Shown here: piece by piece, positions 1-10,068 of the stretch
Numbering within the stretch: position 1 is the stretch's first letter
Layout: every line of letters begins with the position of its first letter
Source of the DNA: an uncultured Streptococcus sp.
GTDB taxonomy: Bacteria > Bacillota > Bacilli > Lactobacillales > Streptococcaceae
Assembly (NCBI RefSeq): GCF_902463925.1
Contig: NZ_CABQHE010000002.1
Location: 87,484-151,483 of the forward strand
Direction of reading: 5' to 3'
Length of the DNA: 64,000 nucleotides
Notes under the pieces: model-generated
The model's database searches: none
What the model saw: only the letters and a program-made list of their open reading frames with translations
Told to the model about the DNA's origin: nothing
Translations under genes and position numbers: made by a program

Positions 1-398
1 TCACTAGTCATGTGAATGCTTTCTATAAGGATCACAAGTCTCTCTGGCAGATTGATGATTCTTACGATGGTATTGAGATTATTGATGCGGATAACCGTGC
101 TGAAAGTGTTCTTTCTTTTATCCGTAAGGGTGATAAAGGTGATAAGGGGGATATCCTAGTCTGTGTCTTCAATCTTACTCCAGTGGAACGTAAAGACTTC
201 ACTATTGGCTTGCCAATTGCCGGTATTTACGAAGAAGTCCTTAACACTGAGATGGAAGAGTTCGGTGGTGTCTGGAAGGAAAGAAATCCTGATACCCGTA
301 CCCAAAAAGCGAAGTGGAAGGATTATGAAAATACTCTTAGCTTTACATTGCCAGCTCTTGGAGCAAGTATTTGGCGTGTTAAACGTCGCTTGAAATAA
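1..398 (+). CDS. glgB: 1,4-alpha-glucan branching enzyme, C-terminal end (5' truncated by the window edge)
   Basis: The frame is open from the window start. The C-terminal residues (…[10 protein letters not shown]) are typical of the GlgB all-beta C domain. It lies directly upstream of glgCDAP. Confidence 0.75.
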   Translation, partial: TSHVNAFYKDHKSLWQIDDSYDGIEIIDADNRAESVLSFIRKGDKGDKGDILVCVFNLTPVERKDFTIGLPIAGIYEEVLNTEMEEFGGVWKERNPDTRTQKAKWKDYENTLSFTLPALGASIWRVKRRLK

Positions 399-588
399 AG
401 GTTAGATGTAAATGTGTACACGATTTGTTTTTCAGAGATGATAGAAAGAAAGTCGCGGTTGAAAGAAGCTTTTGGGCGCCCAAACTATTACTACACTGAG
501 AAACCTACTTTAATTGTCATAATCAGTTTCGACTGATTGTCTTACATTCTTTTGAGGATGGAACTAAAAATCATGAGGGGGACTATTC

Positions 589-1731
589 ATGAAAAATGAA
601 ATGTTGGCTTTGATCCTTGCTGGTGGGCAAGGAACTCGTCTTGGAAAATTGACCCAAAGTATTGCCAAACCAGCTGTTCAGTTTGGTGGACGCTACCGTA
701 TCATTGACTTTGGTTTGTCTAACTGTGCCAATTCAGGAATTAACAATGTAGGTGTCATTACACAGTATCAACCACTTGCTTTGAATAATCATATCGGTAA
801 TGGTTCAAGTTGGGGCTTGGATGGTGTTAACTCTGGTGTATCAATTCTTCAACCTTACTCAGCTAGCGAAGGTAATCGTTGGTTTGAAGGTACCAGCCAC
901 GCTATTTATCAAAACATTGACTATATCGATAGCATCAATCCTGAATATGTTTTGATTTTGTCTGGTGACCATATTTACAAGATGGACTATGACGATATGC
1001 TCCAATCTCACAAAGACAACAACGCAAGTCTTACAGTCGCCGTTCTAGATGTGCCACTTAAAGAAGCTAGACGTTTCGGTATCATGAACACTGATGCTAA
1101 TAACCGTATTGTTGAGTTCGAAGAAAAACCTGAAAATCCTAAATCTACGAAAGCATCAATGGGTATTTACATCTTTGACTGGAAACGACTTCGTAATATG
1201 TTAGTTTCAGCTGAAAAGAACTCAGTTGGTATGTCAGACTTTGGTAAGAACGTTATCCCAGCTTATCTTAAAACAGGTGAAAGCGTCTTTGCTTATGAAT
1301 TTGAAGGCTATTGGAAAGACGTAGGTACTATCGAATCCCTTTGGGAAGCAAACATGGAGTACATTTCTCCTGAAAATGCCTTGGATAGTCGTAACCGTCA
1401 ATGGAAAATTTACTCACGTAACGTGATTGCTACACCAAACTTCTTTGGTGAACATGCTCATGTTGAAGATTCACTCGTTGTTGATGGCTGTTTGGTTGAT
1501 GGAACTGTTAAACATTCTGTGCTTTCAACAAATGCACAAATTCGTGAAGGTGCAGTCGTTGAAGATTCAGTGATTATGAGTGGTGCAGTTATTGGTAAAG
1601 GTGCAAAAATTAAACGTGCTATTATCGGTGAAGGTGCACACGTTTCTGATGGTGTGGAAATTGACGGTACAGAAGAAGTGCAAGTCGTAGGATACAATGA
1701 AGTAGTGGGGGTACCAAAAGATGAAGATTGA
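589..1731 (+). CDS. glgC: glucose-1-phosphate adenylyltransferase
   Basis: 380 aa. N-terminal LAGGQGTRL…P(A)VQFGG nucleotidyltransferase motif. C-terminal left-handed beta-helix (hexapeptide) region. GAGGGGG RBS upstream. Confidence 0.93.
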   Translation: MKNEMLALILAGGQGTRLGKLTQSIAKPAVQFGGRYRIIDFGLSNCANSGINNVGVITQYQPLALNNHIGNGSSWGLDGVNSGVSILQPYSASEGNRWFEGTSHAIYQNIDYIDSINPEYVLILSGDHIYKMDYDDMLQSHKDNNASLTVAVLDVPLKEARRFGIMNTDANNRIVEFEEKPENPKSTKASMGIYIFDWKRLRNMLVSAEKNSVGMSDFGKNVIPAYLKTGESVFAYEFEGYWKDVGTIESLWEANMEYISPENALDSRNRQWKIYSRNVIATPNFFGEHAHVEDSLVVDGCLVDGTVKHSVLSTNAQIREGAVVEDSVIMSGAVIGKGAKIKRAIIGEGAHVSDGVEIDGTEEVQVVGYNEVVGVPKDED

Positions 1732-2857
1732 TAAATATTCTGCAATTCTAGGAAATACCGTAGGATTCCATGACATGGATGGCCTGACTGATCAACGTCC
1801 TATTGCCAGTCTACCATTTGGTGGAAAATATCGCCTCATCGACTTCCCGTTGTCTAACTTGGCTAATGCTGGTATCCGTAGCGTCTTCGGAATCTTCCAA
1901 AACGAAAACATCAGTTCTGTCTTCGACCATATTCGCTCAGGTCGTGAGTGGGGCTTGTCTACTCTCCTCAGCCACTACTATCTTGGTATCTACAATACTC
2001 CAGTTGATAGTTCAACTGTTGATAAAGAATACTATCGTCAAATTTTGACCTACCTTAAACGTTCAGGCTCAGACCAGACTGTAGCTCTTAATAGTGATGT
2101 TTTGGTCAACATTGATCTTAACCAAGTTTTCCACCTTCACAATGCAACAAAACAAAAAGTTACTGTAGTCTACAAAAAACTTCCTAAAGAACTCATTTCA
2201 GATGTAAACAGCATTTTGGATATTGATGAATCTGATAAAGTTCTTAAGCATGAGCTCTTCCAGGGTGGGGATAAAGAAGTTTATAATATGTCTATAGACA
2301 TATTTGTCGTGGATACACGATTCTTGATTGAAAAATTGGAAGAAGAAGCTGCTAAAGAAGAGCCACGTAAGCTTCGTTATGTGCTTCGTGATTTGGCAGT
2401 TGCTGAGAATGCTTTTGCTTACGAGCACACTGGTTACCTTTCAAATATCCACTCAGTGAAAGCGTACTTTGATGCCAACTTGGATATGTTGGAATCACAA
2501 AAATTCTATTCACTTTTTGCACCAAACCAAAAAGTTTATACAAAAGTAAAAAATGAAGAGCCAACATATTATGCAGACTCTTCTGAAGTTAAGGTTTCAC
2601 AATTTGCATCTGGTTCGATCGTACGAGGTAAAGTTGATAACTCAGTGATTTCACGTAATGTTGACTTATCTGAAGGATCCAGTATTAACCATTCGATTAT
2701 CTTCCCACGTGTTAAAGTTGCTAAAGGTGCAACAGTTAAATATGCTATTGTGGATAAAGATGTTGAAATCGCTGAAGGTGTTACGATTCGCGGTACAGAA
2801 AACAATCCAGTTGTCATCAAAAAAGGTAGTGTTGTAACAGAGGATATTGTACGATGA
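1721..2857 (+). CDS. glgD: glycogen biosynthesis protein GlgD (non-catalytic ADP-glucose pyrophosphorylase subunit)
   Basis: 378 aa GlgC paralogue lacking the canonical GGxGxRL motif. Overlaps the glgC stop by 11 nt. GGGGG RBS. Typical Firmicutes glgC-glgD pairing. Confidence 0.88.
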   Translation: MKIDKYSAILGNTVGFHDMDGLTDQRPIASLPFGGKYRLIDFPLSNLANAGIRSVFGIFQNENISSVFDHIRSGREWGLSTLLSHYYLGIYNTPVDSSTVDKEYYRQILTYLKRSGSDQTVALNSDVLVNIDLNQVFHLHNATKQKVTVVYKKLPKELISDVNSILDIDESDKVLKHELFQGGDKEVYNMSIDIFVVDTRFLIEKLEEEAAKEEPRKLRYVLRDLAVAENAFAYEHTGYLSNIHSVKAYFDANLDMLESQKFYSLFAPNQKVYTKVKNEEPTYYADSSEVKVSQFASGSIVRGKVDNSVISRNVDLSEGSSINHSIIFPRVKVAKGATVKYAIVDKDVEIAEGVTIRGTENNPVVIKKGSVVTEDIVR

Positions 2858-4284
2858 AAATTTTATTTGTAGCAGCAGAGGGGGCACCTTTTGCTAAAAC
2901 TGGCGGTTTGGGTGACGTTATCGGTGCTCTTCCTAAATCTCTAGTCAAAAATGATCACGAAGTTGCCGTAATTCTACCATATTATGATGTGGTTTCGGCT
3001 AAATTTGGCAATCAAGTTGAAGACCTTGGCTTCTTCTATACAAATGTTGGTTGGCGTCGTCAATATGTCGGTATTAAGAAAATTGTCCGTGATGGTGTGA
3101 CCTTCTTCTTCATTGATAATGAGCAGTATTTCAACCGAGGTACGGTATACGGTGAGTGGGATGATGGTGAGCGTTTTGGCTTCTTCCAAATGGCCGCCCT
3201 TGAGTTGATGGAAAAAGTGGACTTTATTCCAGACATTCTCCATGTTCATGACTATCACACAGCCATGATTCCATTCCTTCTTAAGGAAAAATACCATTGG
3301 ATTCAAGCTTACCAAGGTATTAAGACGGTCTTCACTATCCATAATATTGAATTCCAAGGTCAATTTGACAGTGGTATGCTTGGGGAAATCTTCGGTGTTG
3401 GTTACGAGCGTTATGCAGACGGTACGCTCCGTTGGAATGACTGCCTCAACTGGATGAAAGCCGCGGTTCTTTACGCAGATCGTGTCACAACAGTTTCTCC
3501 ATCTTATGCTGGTGAAATTCAAACACCTGAATTTGGTAAAGGTCTTGATCAAGTCATGCGCATGGAATCTGGTAAGTTGTCTGGTATTGTTAATGGTATC
3601 GATACAGACCTCCTTGATCCAGAAACAGATACTCACATTCCTTATCATTTCTCGGTGGATGATTTATCAGGTAAAACCCAAGACAAGGCAGCTCTTCAAG
3701 AGCGTGTTGGCCTCCCAGTTCGTGAAGATGTTCCATTGATTGGTATTGTATCACGTTTGACAGACCAAAAAGGTTTCGATTTGGTGGTTAACGAACTTCA
3801 CAATATTTTGCAACATGACGTCCAGATTGTTCTTTTGGGTACTGGTTACAGCGACTATGAGAATTCTTTCTCTTGGTTTGGTCATGCTTATCCAGAGAAA
3901 ATGTCTGCCAACATTACCTTCAACTTAGAGTTGGCTCAACAAATTTATGCTGGTTGTGACATTTTCCTCATGCCTTCAGCCTTTGAACCATGTGGGCTCT
4001 CACAAATGATGTCTATGCGTTATGGTACCTTGCCAGTGGTTAGTGAGGTTGGTGGTCTTCGTGATACTGTTGAACCTTTCAACCCTGTAACGGGATCAGG
4101 TACAGGATTCTCATTTGGCAACTTTTCAGGTTACTGGATGGTTAAAACCCTTGAAAAAGCTCTCGATATGTACAAAAATAATGCTGATGCTTGGAAACAA
4201 CTCCAGCACAATGCTATGACTTGTGATTTCTCATGGGATACAGCAAGTTTGGCATATGTTGATTTGTATAAACAATTAGTGTAA
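2854..4284 (+). CDS. glgA: glycogen synthase (ADP-glucose type)
   Basis: 476 aa. N-terminal KTGGLGDV motif of GT5 glycogen synthases. ATGA overlap with the glgD stop. Confidence 0.93.
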   Translation: MKILFVAAEGAPFAKTGGLGDVIGALPKSLVKNDHEVAVILPYYDVVSAKFGNQVEDLGFFYTNVGWRRQYVGIKKIVRDGVTFFFIDNEQYFNRGTVYGEWDDGERFGFFQMAALELMEKVDFIPDILHVHDYHTAMIPFLLKEKYHWIQAYQGIKTVFTIHNIEFQGQFDSGMLGEIFGVGYERYADGTLRWNDCLNWMKAAVLYADRVTTVSPSYAGEIQTPEFGKGLDQVMRMESGKLSGIVNGIDTDLLDPETDTHIPYHFSVDDLSGKTQDKAALQERVGLPVREDVPLIGIVSRLTDQKGFDLVVNELHNILQHDVQIVLLGTGYSDYENSFSWFGHAYPEKMSANITFNLELAQQIYAGCDIFLMPSAFEPCGLSQMMSMRYGTLPVVSEVGGLRDTVEPFNPVTGSGTGFSFGNFSGYWMVKTLEKALDMYKNNADAWKQLQHNAMTCDFSWDTASLAYVDLYKQLV

Positions 4285-4614
4285 TCCAAAGGTAACTTTT
4301 CTCGAAAGGGAAAAGTTATCTTCATGTAAAAAAGTTTGAAAGCGTTGTAACTGCAGTTGAAAAAAACAAGATAGTCGCCCAAATCTTGTTGCTAAAGCAA
4401 ATGAGAGAGGAGCTATCTAGAAGTATAACTCTCATTATGTTATCATTAATTTAATTTTTTTGACATTTTTTGTAAATAAAGATGCAGAAACTGAGGTTTC
4501 TAATCTTGACTTTCAAGTTTTGGAAGTTTTAAAGAAATTTCCAGTTCCCTTTTATCTTAATATTCACTCTATAAGATGTGTATCAAAGGTATAGAAGTAT
4601 AAGAAAGGATTTCT

Positions 4615-7020
4615 ATGCAATTCGAAAATTTAACAAAAGAACAATTTATCCGTGATTTTAAAGATACGCTCCATCAAGAACAGTTGATTAGAGTGGCTAA
4701 GGCTACACCAACCGAAATTTTCACAGCCTTGGCTGGTTTGATTCGTAAGTATTACACTGACACATGGATTGAACGTAAGCATGCACTTTCAGACAATCAA
4801 GAAAAGATTGCTTTCTACTTCTCAATCGAATTCCTTCCAGGTCGTATGTTGGAAACTAACCTCCTCAACCTAGGTATTCTTGACCTTGTTAAAGAAGGTT
4901 TCGCAGAACTTGATATCGACTTCCGCGAAGTAGTAAAAGCCGAGCATGACATGGCACTTGGTAATGGTGGTCTTGGTCGTTTGGCTGCTGCCTTCATGGA
5001 TTCACTTGCGACTACTGGTTACCCAGGTTTTGGTAATGGTCTTCGTTACCGTTATGGACTTTTCAAACAACGTATTGTTGATGGTTATCAAGTTGAATTG
5101 CCAGATGGTTGGTTTGGCTCAACAGGGAATGTTTGGGAAACACGTAAAGACCATGATACCGTTGATGTGAAACTCTTCGGTGATGTTGTCCTTGAAAGCA
5201 ATGAAGATGGTCGTTTTGTTCCAACTTATAAGAATGCTCAAGTCCTTCGTGCCGTACCTTACGATGTGCCACAAATTGGTTACCAAAATGGTGTGATTAA
5301 CAACCTTCGCCTTTGGGATGTTGAAATTCCTGAAGAATATGAGTTGGATTACCCAACATTGGAAGCTCGCCGTCGTGTGAAAGATATTACAGCCATTCTT
5401 TATCCAGATGATTCAACGATTGAAGGTAAAGAATTGCGTTTGGTTCAAGAGTATTTCATGACAAGTGCAGGTCTCCAAACCATTATCAAATCTTACCTCA
5501 AGATGGGCTTGCCATTGAAAGATATCCACGAAAAGGTGTCTGTTCACATCAATGATACTCACCCTGCGGTAGCACCAGCTGAATTTATGCGTCTCCTCCT
5601 TGATGAATACGGTCTTTCATGGGAAGATGCTTGGAATGCGACTGTTAAGACAATGAGCTACACTAACCACACAATCCTTCAAGAAGCCCTTGAAAAATGG
5701 GATCAACAGCTCTTCAAACGTGTTCTTCCACGTGTTTACCAAATCATCTTGGAAATAGACAACCGTTATGTAGCTGAAATGGCTGGACGTGGTGTTGTTG
5801 CAGATGTTATCGAACGCACACGTATCGTTAAGGATAACCAAGTACATATGGCTAATTTGGCTATCATTGGTGGTCATTCAGTCAACGGGGTTGCCAAACT
5901 CCACACAGAACTTCTTAAAGAAGATACGCTTCACGACTTCTACAATATTTATCCTGAAAAATTCAATAACAAGACAAATGGTATCGTTCCACATCGTTGG
6001 ACACAAATTGCAGCTCCAGAACTTTCAGCAGCAATTGATGATGTGATTGGTGACGGTTGGCGTAACGACATTCATGAGCTTGAAAATCTTACAACCTACT
6101 TGGATGACAAGGAAGTCTTGAACCAGTTCTATCAAGTTAAGAAGACTGCTAAACAACGTTTGGCAGACTACATCAAGGAAACTACAGGAGTAGAAGTGTC
6201 AACAGATGCTATCTTTGATGTTCAAGTGAAACGTCTTCACGCTTACAAACGTCAATTGCTTAACCTTCTTCACATCATCAAACTTTATTGGGATCTGAAA
6301 GATAATCCAGATAAAGACATGCTACCACGTGTATTCATCTTTGGTGCCAAAGCTGCACCTGGTTATCACTTCGCAAAATCTGTTATCAAACTCATCAACG
6401 AGGTTGCCAATCTTGTTAACAATGATGAAAGTCTTCAAGGCAAACTTAAAGTAGTCTTCCTAGAAAACTACCGTGTAAGCCTTGCAGAACTTATCATTCC
6501 AGCAGCAGATGTATCTGAACAAATTTCATTGGCTTCTAAAGAGGCCTCTGGTACTTCAAACATGAAATTCATGATGACTGGTGCTATTACCTTGGCAACA
6601 CTTGACGGTGCCAACATTGAAATCAAGGACGAAGTTGGCGATGAGAATGTTGTTATCTTCGGTATGGACAAGGACGAAGTTTATGAACACTATGCACGTC
6701 ACGATTATTATTCTCGTGCAGTTTATGAAAATAACCCAGTCATTCGTCGTGTCGTTGATACCTTTGTTAACGGTACGATTCCAAATGCTCAAGCTGAAGG
6801 TACTGAAATCTATGAAGCACTTATAACACACAACGATGAATACTTCCTCTTGGAAGATTTCGCTGCTTATGTAGAAGCTCAAGAGAAAATCGATGCCCTT
6901 TATCGTGATCATGACAAGTGGGCACGTATGAGCTTGGCTAATATTGCTAAATCTCATAAGTTCACTTCAGATGATACGATTACAGAATACGCTAAAGAAA
7001 TTTGGGAATTGAAAAAATAG
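4615..7020 (+). CDS. glgP: glycogen/maltodextrin phosphorylase
   Basis: 801 aa. EASGTSNMKF pyridoxal-phosphate lysine motif. GT35 family length. Last gene of the glg cluster. Confidence 0.93.
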   Translation: MQFENLTKEQFIRDFKDTLHQEQLIRVAKATPTEIFTALAGLIRKYYTDTWIERKHALSDNQEKIAFYFSIEFLPGRMLETNLLNLGILDLVKEGFAELDIDFREVVKAEHDMALGNGGLGRLAAAFMDSLATTGYPGFGNGLRYRYGLFKQRIVDGYQVELPDGWFGSTGNVWETRKDHDTVDVKLFGDVVLESNEDGRFVPTYKNAQVLRAVPYDVPQIGYQNGVINNLRLWDVEIPEEYELDYPTLEARRRVKDITAILYPDDSTIEGKELRLVQEYFMTSAGLQTIIKSYLKMGLPLKDIHEKVSVHINDTHPAVAPAEFMRLLLDEYGLSWEDAWNATVKTMSYTNHTILQEALEKWDQQLFKRVLPRVYQIILEIDNRYVAEMAGRGVVADVIERTRIVKDNQVHMANLAIIGGHSVNGVAKLHTELLKEDTLHDFYNIYPEKFNNKTNGIVPHRWTQIAAPELSAAIDDVIGDGWRNDIHELENLTTYLDDKEVLNQFYQVKKTAKQRLADYIKETTGVEVSTDAIFDVQVKRLHAYKRQLLNLLHIIKLYWDLKDNPDKDMLPRVFIFGAKAAPGYHFAKSVIKLINEVANLVNNDESLQGKLKVVFLENYRVSLAELIIPAADVSEQISLASKEASGTSNMKFMMTGAITLATLDGANIEIKDEVGDENVVIFGMDKDEVYEHYARHDYYSRAVYENNPVIRRVVDTFVNGTIPNAQAEGTEIYEALITHNDEYFLLEDFAAYVEAQEKIDALYRDHDKWARMSLANIAKSHKFTSDDTITEYAKEIWELKK

Positions 7021-7048
7021 GCGATAGCTTATAAATCACAAAAAAGAT

Positions 7049-7085
7049 AACGACTAGAATTGGTCGTTGTCTTTTATTTTTTTAA
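7049..7085 (+). terminator. rho-independent terminator after glgP
   Basis: Hairpin ACGAC-tagaattg-GTCGT followed by a T-run (ttttatttttttaa). Confidence 0.55.
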
Positions 7086-7233
7086 GAAGAGAGGAGTCGT
7101 AGACGGCCAAGTAGCATTTATAAAATGTAGTAGGAGTTTACCCGCAGATCTATCTTAGCCCTTGAAACTTGCACTTGCATATCAAGGTGTTATAATGACC
7201 TATAGGTATAAGTATCAAAAAGGGGGAAAATTT

Positions 7234-7794
7234 ATGGCTTTACGTAGCCAATTAATTACCAAAGAGTTTCCAGAATTAGATAGGGTAGAGCGATTAAACA
7301 ACGAGGCTTTTCCAGAAGAAGAACGTATTCCTTTGAGTGAGTTCTTACAACTAGATGGCCGTGATGATTATCATTTCTTTGCCTTTTATGACGAAGATGA
7401 TTTTGTTGGATTTGCCTCAGTTCTCTACAATGCCAAAGTTTTTTATGTAAGTTTCTTTGCCATTGTCCCTCAAATGCGGAGTCATGGCTACGGAAGTGAG
7501 ATTATTGATAAACTGGTGGACTTTTATGGACCATCGCGTTCTATGGTCTTGGAAGTAGAGCGCTTGGATGAACCCAATGACAATCCTGAGCAACGTGCGG
7601 CGCGTTGGGATTTCTATAAGCGTAATGGTTTTAAGACTTCCAACGCCTTTTTGGAATATGAGGGCTTAAGCTTTGAAATTCTCTATCGTGGCGATCACTT
7701 TGACGAAGAAGCCTACAGAGAGATATTTCATAAGCTTCAGGAAAATGCTTATTTTGATTTTAGTATCAAACATCGTCGCTTGAGTGATTTATAA
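7234..7794 (+). CDS. GNAT family N-acetyltransferase
   Basis: R-x-x-G-x-G acetyl-CoA motif (RSHGYGSEI). The ORF is open from 7162, but the strong GGGGG Shine-Dalgarno sits 7 nt before the ATG at 7234. Confidence 0.7.
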   Translation: MALRSQLITKEFPELDRVERLNNEAFPEEERIPLSEFLQLDGRDDYHFFAFYDEDDFVGFASVLYNAKVFYVSFFAIVPQMRSHGYGSEIIDKLVDFYGPSRSMVLEVERLDEPNDNPEQRAARWDFYKRNGFKTSNAFLEYEGLSFEILYRGDHFDEEAYREIFHKLQENAYFDFSIKHRRLSDL

Positions 7795-7900
7795 AAAATT
7801 GAGTTAAACAGGTACTATTTGGCCTGTTTTTTCATTTGTTTTCAACGTTTGCCAATCGTTTTCAGAATATTTTGTCGTCCTATGCTATAATGGAGGTACT

Positions 7901-9439
7901 ATGAAGAAAGTAATTTTACAGTATTTGGCAAGTGCTCTGACTGTAATCCTCATACTTGGTCTTGTGGTTTTTGATCGGCATCAAAACCAATACTTGGTCA
8001 CAAAGGTCAATGATCCCGAGATTTCCTATATTTATCAGGATTCTCTTGAAAATCTAGACAAACTGGCTCTGAGTCGAGCTGGGGTCATTCAATCCTATCA
8101 ACTCGCTCCCCTGTCAGTTAGGAAGGAAAACGGTAAGCTTCGTCTAGCTCTCCATATCAATCATTCCTATGATATGCAGGTAAATCTTGTCCTTAAGGCC
8201 GATATCTACGGTGATTTATCTGTGGTTGAAGCGACGCCGTCAAAGGCTTTGAAACTGGCTTTGGAGGCTGAGCCTTATCAGAAACGGTTGACCTTAATTT
8301 CCCAAAAGGCAGATGCCATTATAACTCGTGATCACTGGGATCAAGGCATTAAACCGGCCTATGTGGCTCAGGTCAGAAGTAAGATGAAGAAGACTTCTTT
8401 GAACCAGTTGGATAAGGTTCTGCAAAAAATCGATCAAGAAAGTAAGGAAGTGGGCTCAGATACCTATACAGCCTTTTTCCAAGCTTCTAAACTGCCTAAT
8501 CGTGACAAGCTCAATTTGGTTATGGAGCACATGCAGGTTTATGTAGATAAGTATCAGTTCCTTCAATTAGGGAAGTCAGGTTATAAATTTTCCAAGAAAC
8601 TAGAGCCAACCAGTCCTTTTTACAGTTACTTCCGCGAAGCTATTATGGAGACTTATCAGACGGATCTAGGGCTTGGGGTGGATGACTTAGGTATCAAGCT
8701 CCATCTTTTTAGGTCTTGGATTGATAAGCAGTCCATGGACTATATTAGGACCAACTACAAGGGCAAGACGGATTTGGACAAGCTTCTGGCCTACAGCAAG
8801 GACAAGAAGATTCGTCTGGATTATACGACAGGTGCTTCCTACCATAATCGAAGCTTGGGAGACTTTACCTATCCGCAGAACATGAAAATTCAGCTACCTC
8901 AGACCAGTGTCATGGGCCCTTACGGAGTTAGCAATTCCCGTTTTATTGAGTTTATTGTCAATATGGATACAGGGAGATTTGTCTCTGAGTGGAATGTCTA
9001 CAAGAAAAGGAAAGACGACAGCATCGACTCTAATCCTAAGCATTATAAGATTGAAGATGGTGCTGACATTGCCGATACGGACTCTGCTAACTATGGGCTG
9101 TCTAAGGGCTTGAATGCTGACTTACCGGCCTATCTCAATAATAGCCATACCTATCTCGATGTTCGTCACCCTGCTGACAATGCGATTAGACGCAAGATGG
9201 TTAGGAAGTGGAAAAATCCCAAGAATGTCTTAAACGGTGGGCGCTATGCCGATATTGTTAAAAAAGGAGGCTTGAAAGACCTTGAAACATGGAGACAAGT
9301 TAAAGCTGAAGACCGGCTCCAGGTCTACAATGCTTACCTTGATTATATTCGCTCTCATCTTGTGCTTAATGGGTTTGACAGCTTTTACCAAGAAACCTAC
9401 AAGTCCCAAGGTGGAGACAAAAAAGACTGGAACCCTTGA
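7901..9439 (+). CDS. hypothetical protein with an N-terminal membrane anchor (512 aa); family not recognised
   Basis: GGAGGT RBS. N-terminal hydrophobic helix (LASALTVILILGLVVF). The rest is hydrophilic with no motif I can assign. Confidence 0.55.
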   Translation: MKKVILQYLASALTVILILGLVVFDRHQNQYLVTKVNDPEISYIYQDSLENLDKLALSRAGVIQSYQLAPLSVRKENGKLRLALHINHSYDMQVNLVLKADIYGDLSVVEATPSKALKLALEAEPYQKRLTLISQKADAIITRDHWDQGIKPAYVAQVRSKMKKTSLNQLDKVLQKIDQESKEVGSDTYTAFFQASKLPNRDKLNLVMEHMQVYVDKYQFLQLGKSGYKFSKKLEPTSPFYSYFREAIMETYQTDLGLGVDDLGIKLHLFRSWIDKQSMDYIRTNYKGKTDLDKLLAYSKDKKIRLDYTTGASYHNRSLGDFTYPQNMKIQLPQTSVMGPYGVSNSRFIEFIVNMDTGRFVSEWNVYKKRKDDSIDSNPKHYKIEDGADIADTDSANYGLSKGLNADLPAYLNNSHTYLDVRHPADNAIRRKMVRKWKNPKNVLNGGRYADIVKKGGLKDLETWRQVKAEDRLQVYNAYLDYIRSHLVLNGFDSFYQETYKSQGGDKKDWNP

Positions 9440-10007
9440 TAGTGTTCTTGTCGCTAAAAATTTCTATCGTGTAAGGGATGCCTATGCCATCAAGCTCTAC
9501 GGGCAGGATGAGGGGATGTCCTTTGATGTGGCTGGCCAAAGACTTTTTGGATCAAACATTGCTATTAAGGATGGCTTACTATATGGTTCCAGTCTTGGGG
9601 ATTTAACCATTGAGGCTTATTTTCAAGGAGAGGTGTCCTACCTCTTAGAGGCTACCCAGAAGCTCCCAGTAGACAAAAATCGCATAAAAGCTAATCACTA
9701 TAGTCAGGATATTGTTCTGAATAAGGTCTGGTCTAATCTGGAAGGCCAAGAGACCTCCAACAGTATCATCACTCAGTTTCAGGATAAGACCTTACTCAGG
9801 CTGCGCATCAGCTACAACAAAGAGTTTCTTCCCACAAAGATTCAAGGTTTCTACAATAGTCAGACCTTTAATGGCTGGCGGGATCTCTTTTACATAGATT
9901 ATCCTTATAGTGATCAGGAAGCCTTCAATCAGGCTCAAGATGCCTACATACAACACATCCAGTACATGGAAACTCATCCTGAGGAAGAAGCAGGAGAGTT
10001 TGGTTAA
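9282..10007 (+). CDS. hypothetical protein with an N-terminal membrane anchor (241 aa), TTG start, overlaps the upstream gene by 158 nt
   Basis: Perfect AAGGAGG 11 nt upstream of the TTG at 9282, embedded in the upstream coding sequence. TM helix MLTLIIFALILCLMGLTAF. Ends at a perfect palindromic terminator. Confidence 0.45.
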   Translation: MKHGDKLKLKTGSRSTMLTLIIFALILCLMGLTAFTKKPTSPKVETKKTGTLDSVLVAKNFYRVRDAYAIKLYGQDEGMSFDVAGQRLFGSNIAIKDGLLYGSSLGDLTIEAYFQGEVSYLLEATQKLPVDKNRIKANHYSQDIVLNKVWSNLEGQETSNSIITQFQDKTLLRLRISYNKEFLPTKIQGFYNSQTFNGWRDLFYIDYPYSDQEAFNQAQDAYIQHIQYMETHPEEEAGEFG

Positions 10008-10013
10008 TAAAGC

Positions 10014-10046
10014 AAAATCACCTTTATCTCGAGATAAAGGTGATTT
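10014..10046. terminator. bidirectional terminator (perfect 16+16 nt palindrome) between convergent genes
   Basis: aaatcacctttatctc|gagataaaggtgattt, flanked by A/T-rich runs on both sides. Confidence 0.6.
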
Positions 10047-10068
10047 GTTTGCTCCTAAGATTTAAGTT

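Noticed and set aside
4285-4614. 83-aa minus-strand ORF (4131-4382) and inverted repeats in the glgA-glgP spacer
   Set aside because: The ORF overlaps the glgA 3' end on the opposite strand, has no RBS and has low-complexity composition. The hairpins are ordinary terminator/promoter-region structure between glgA and glgP.
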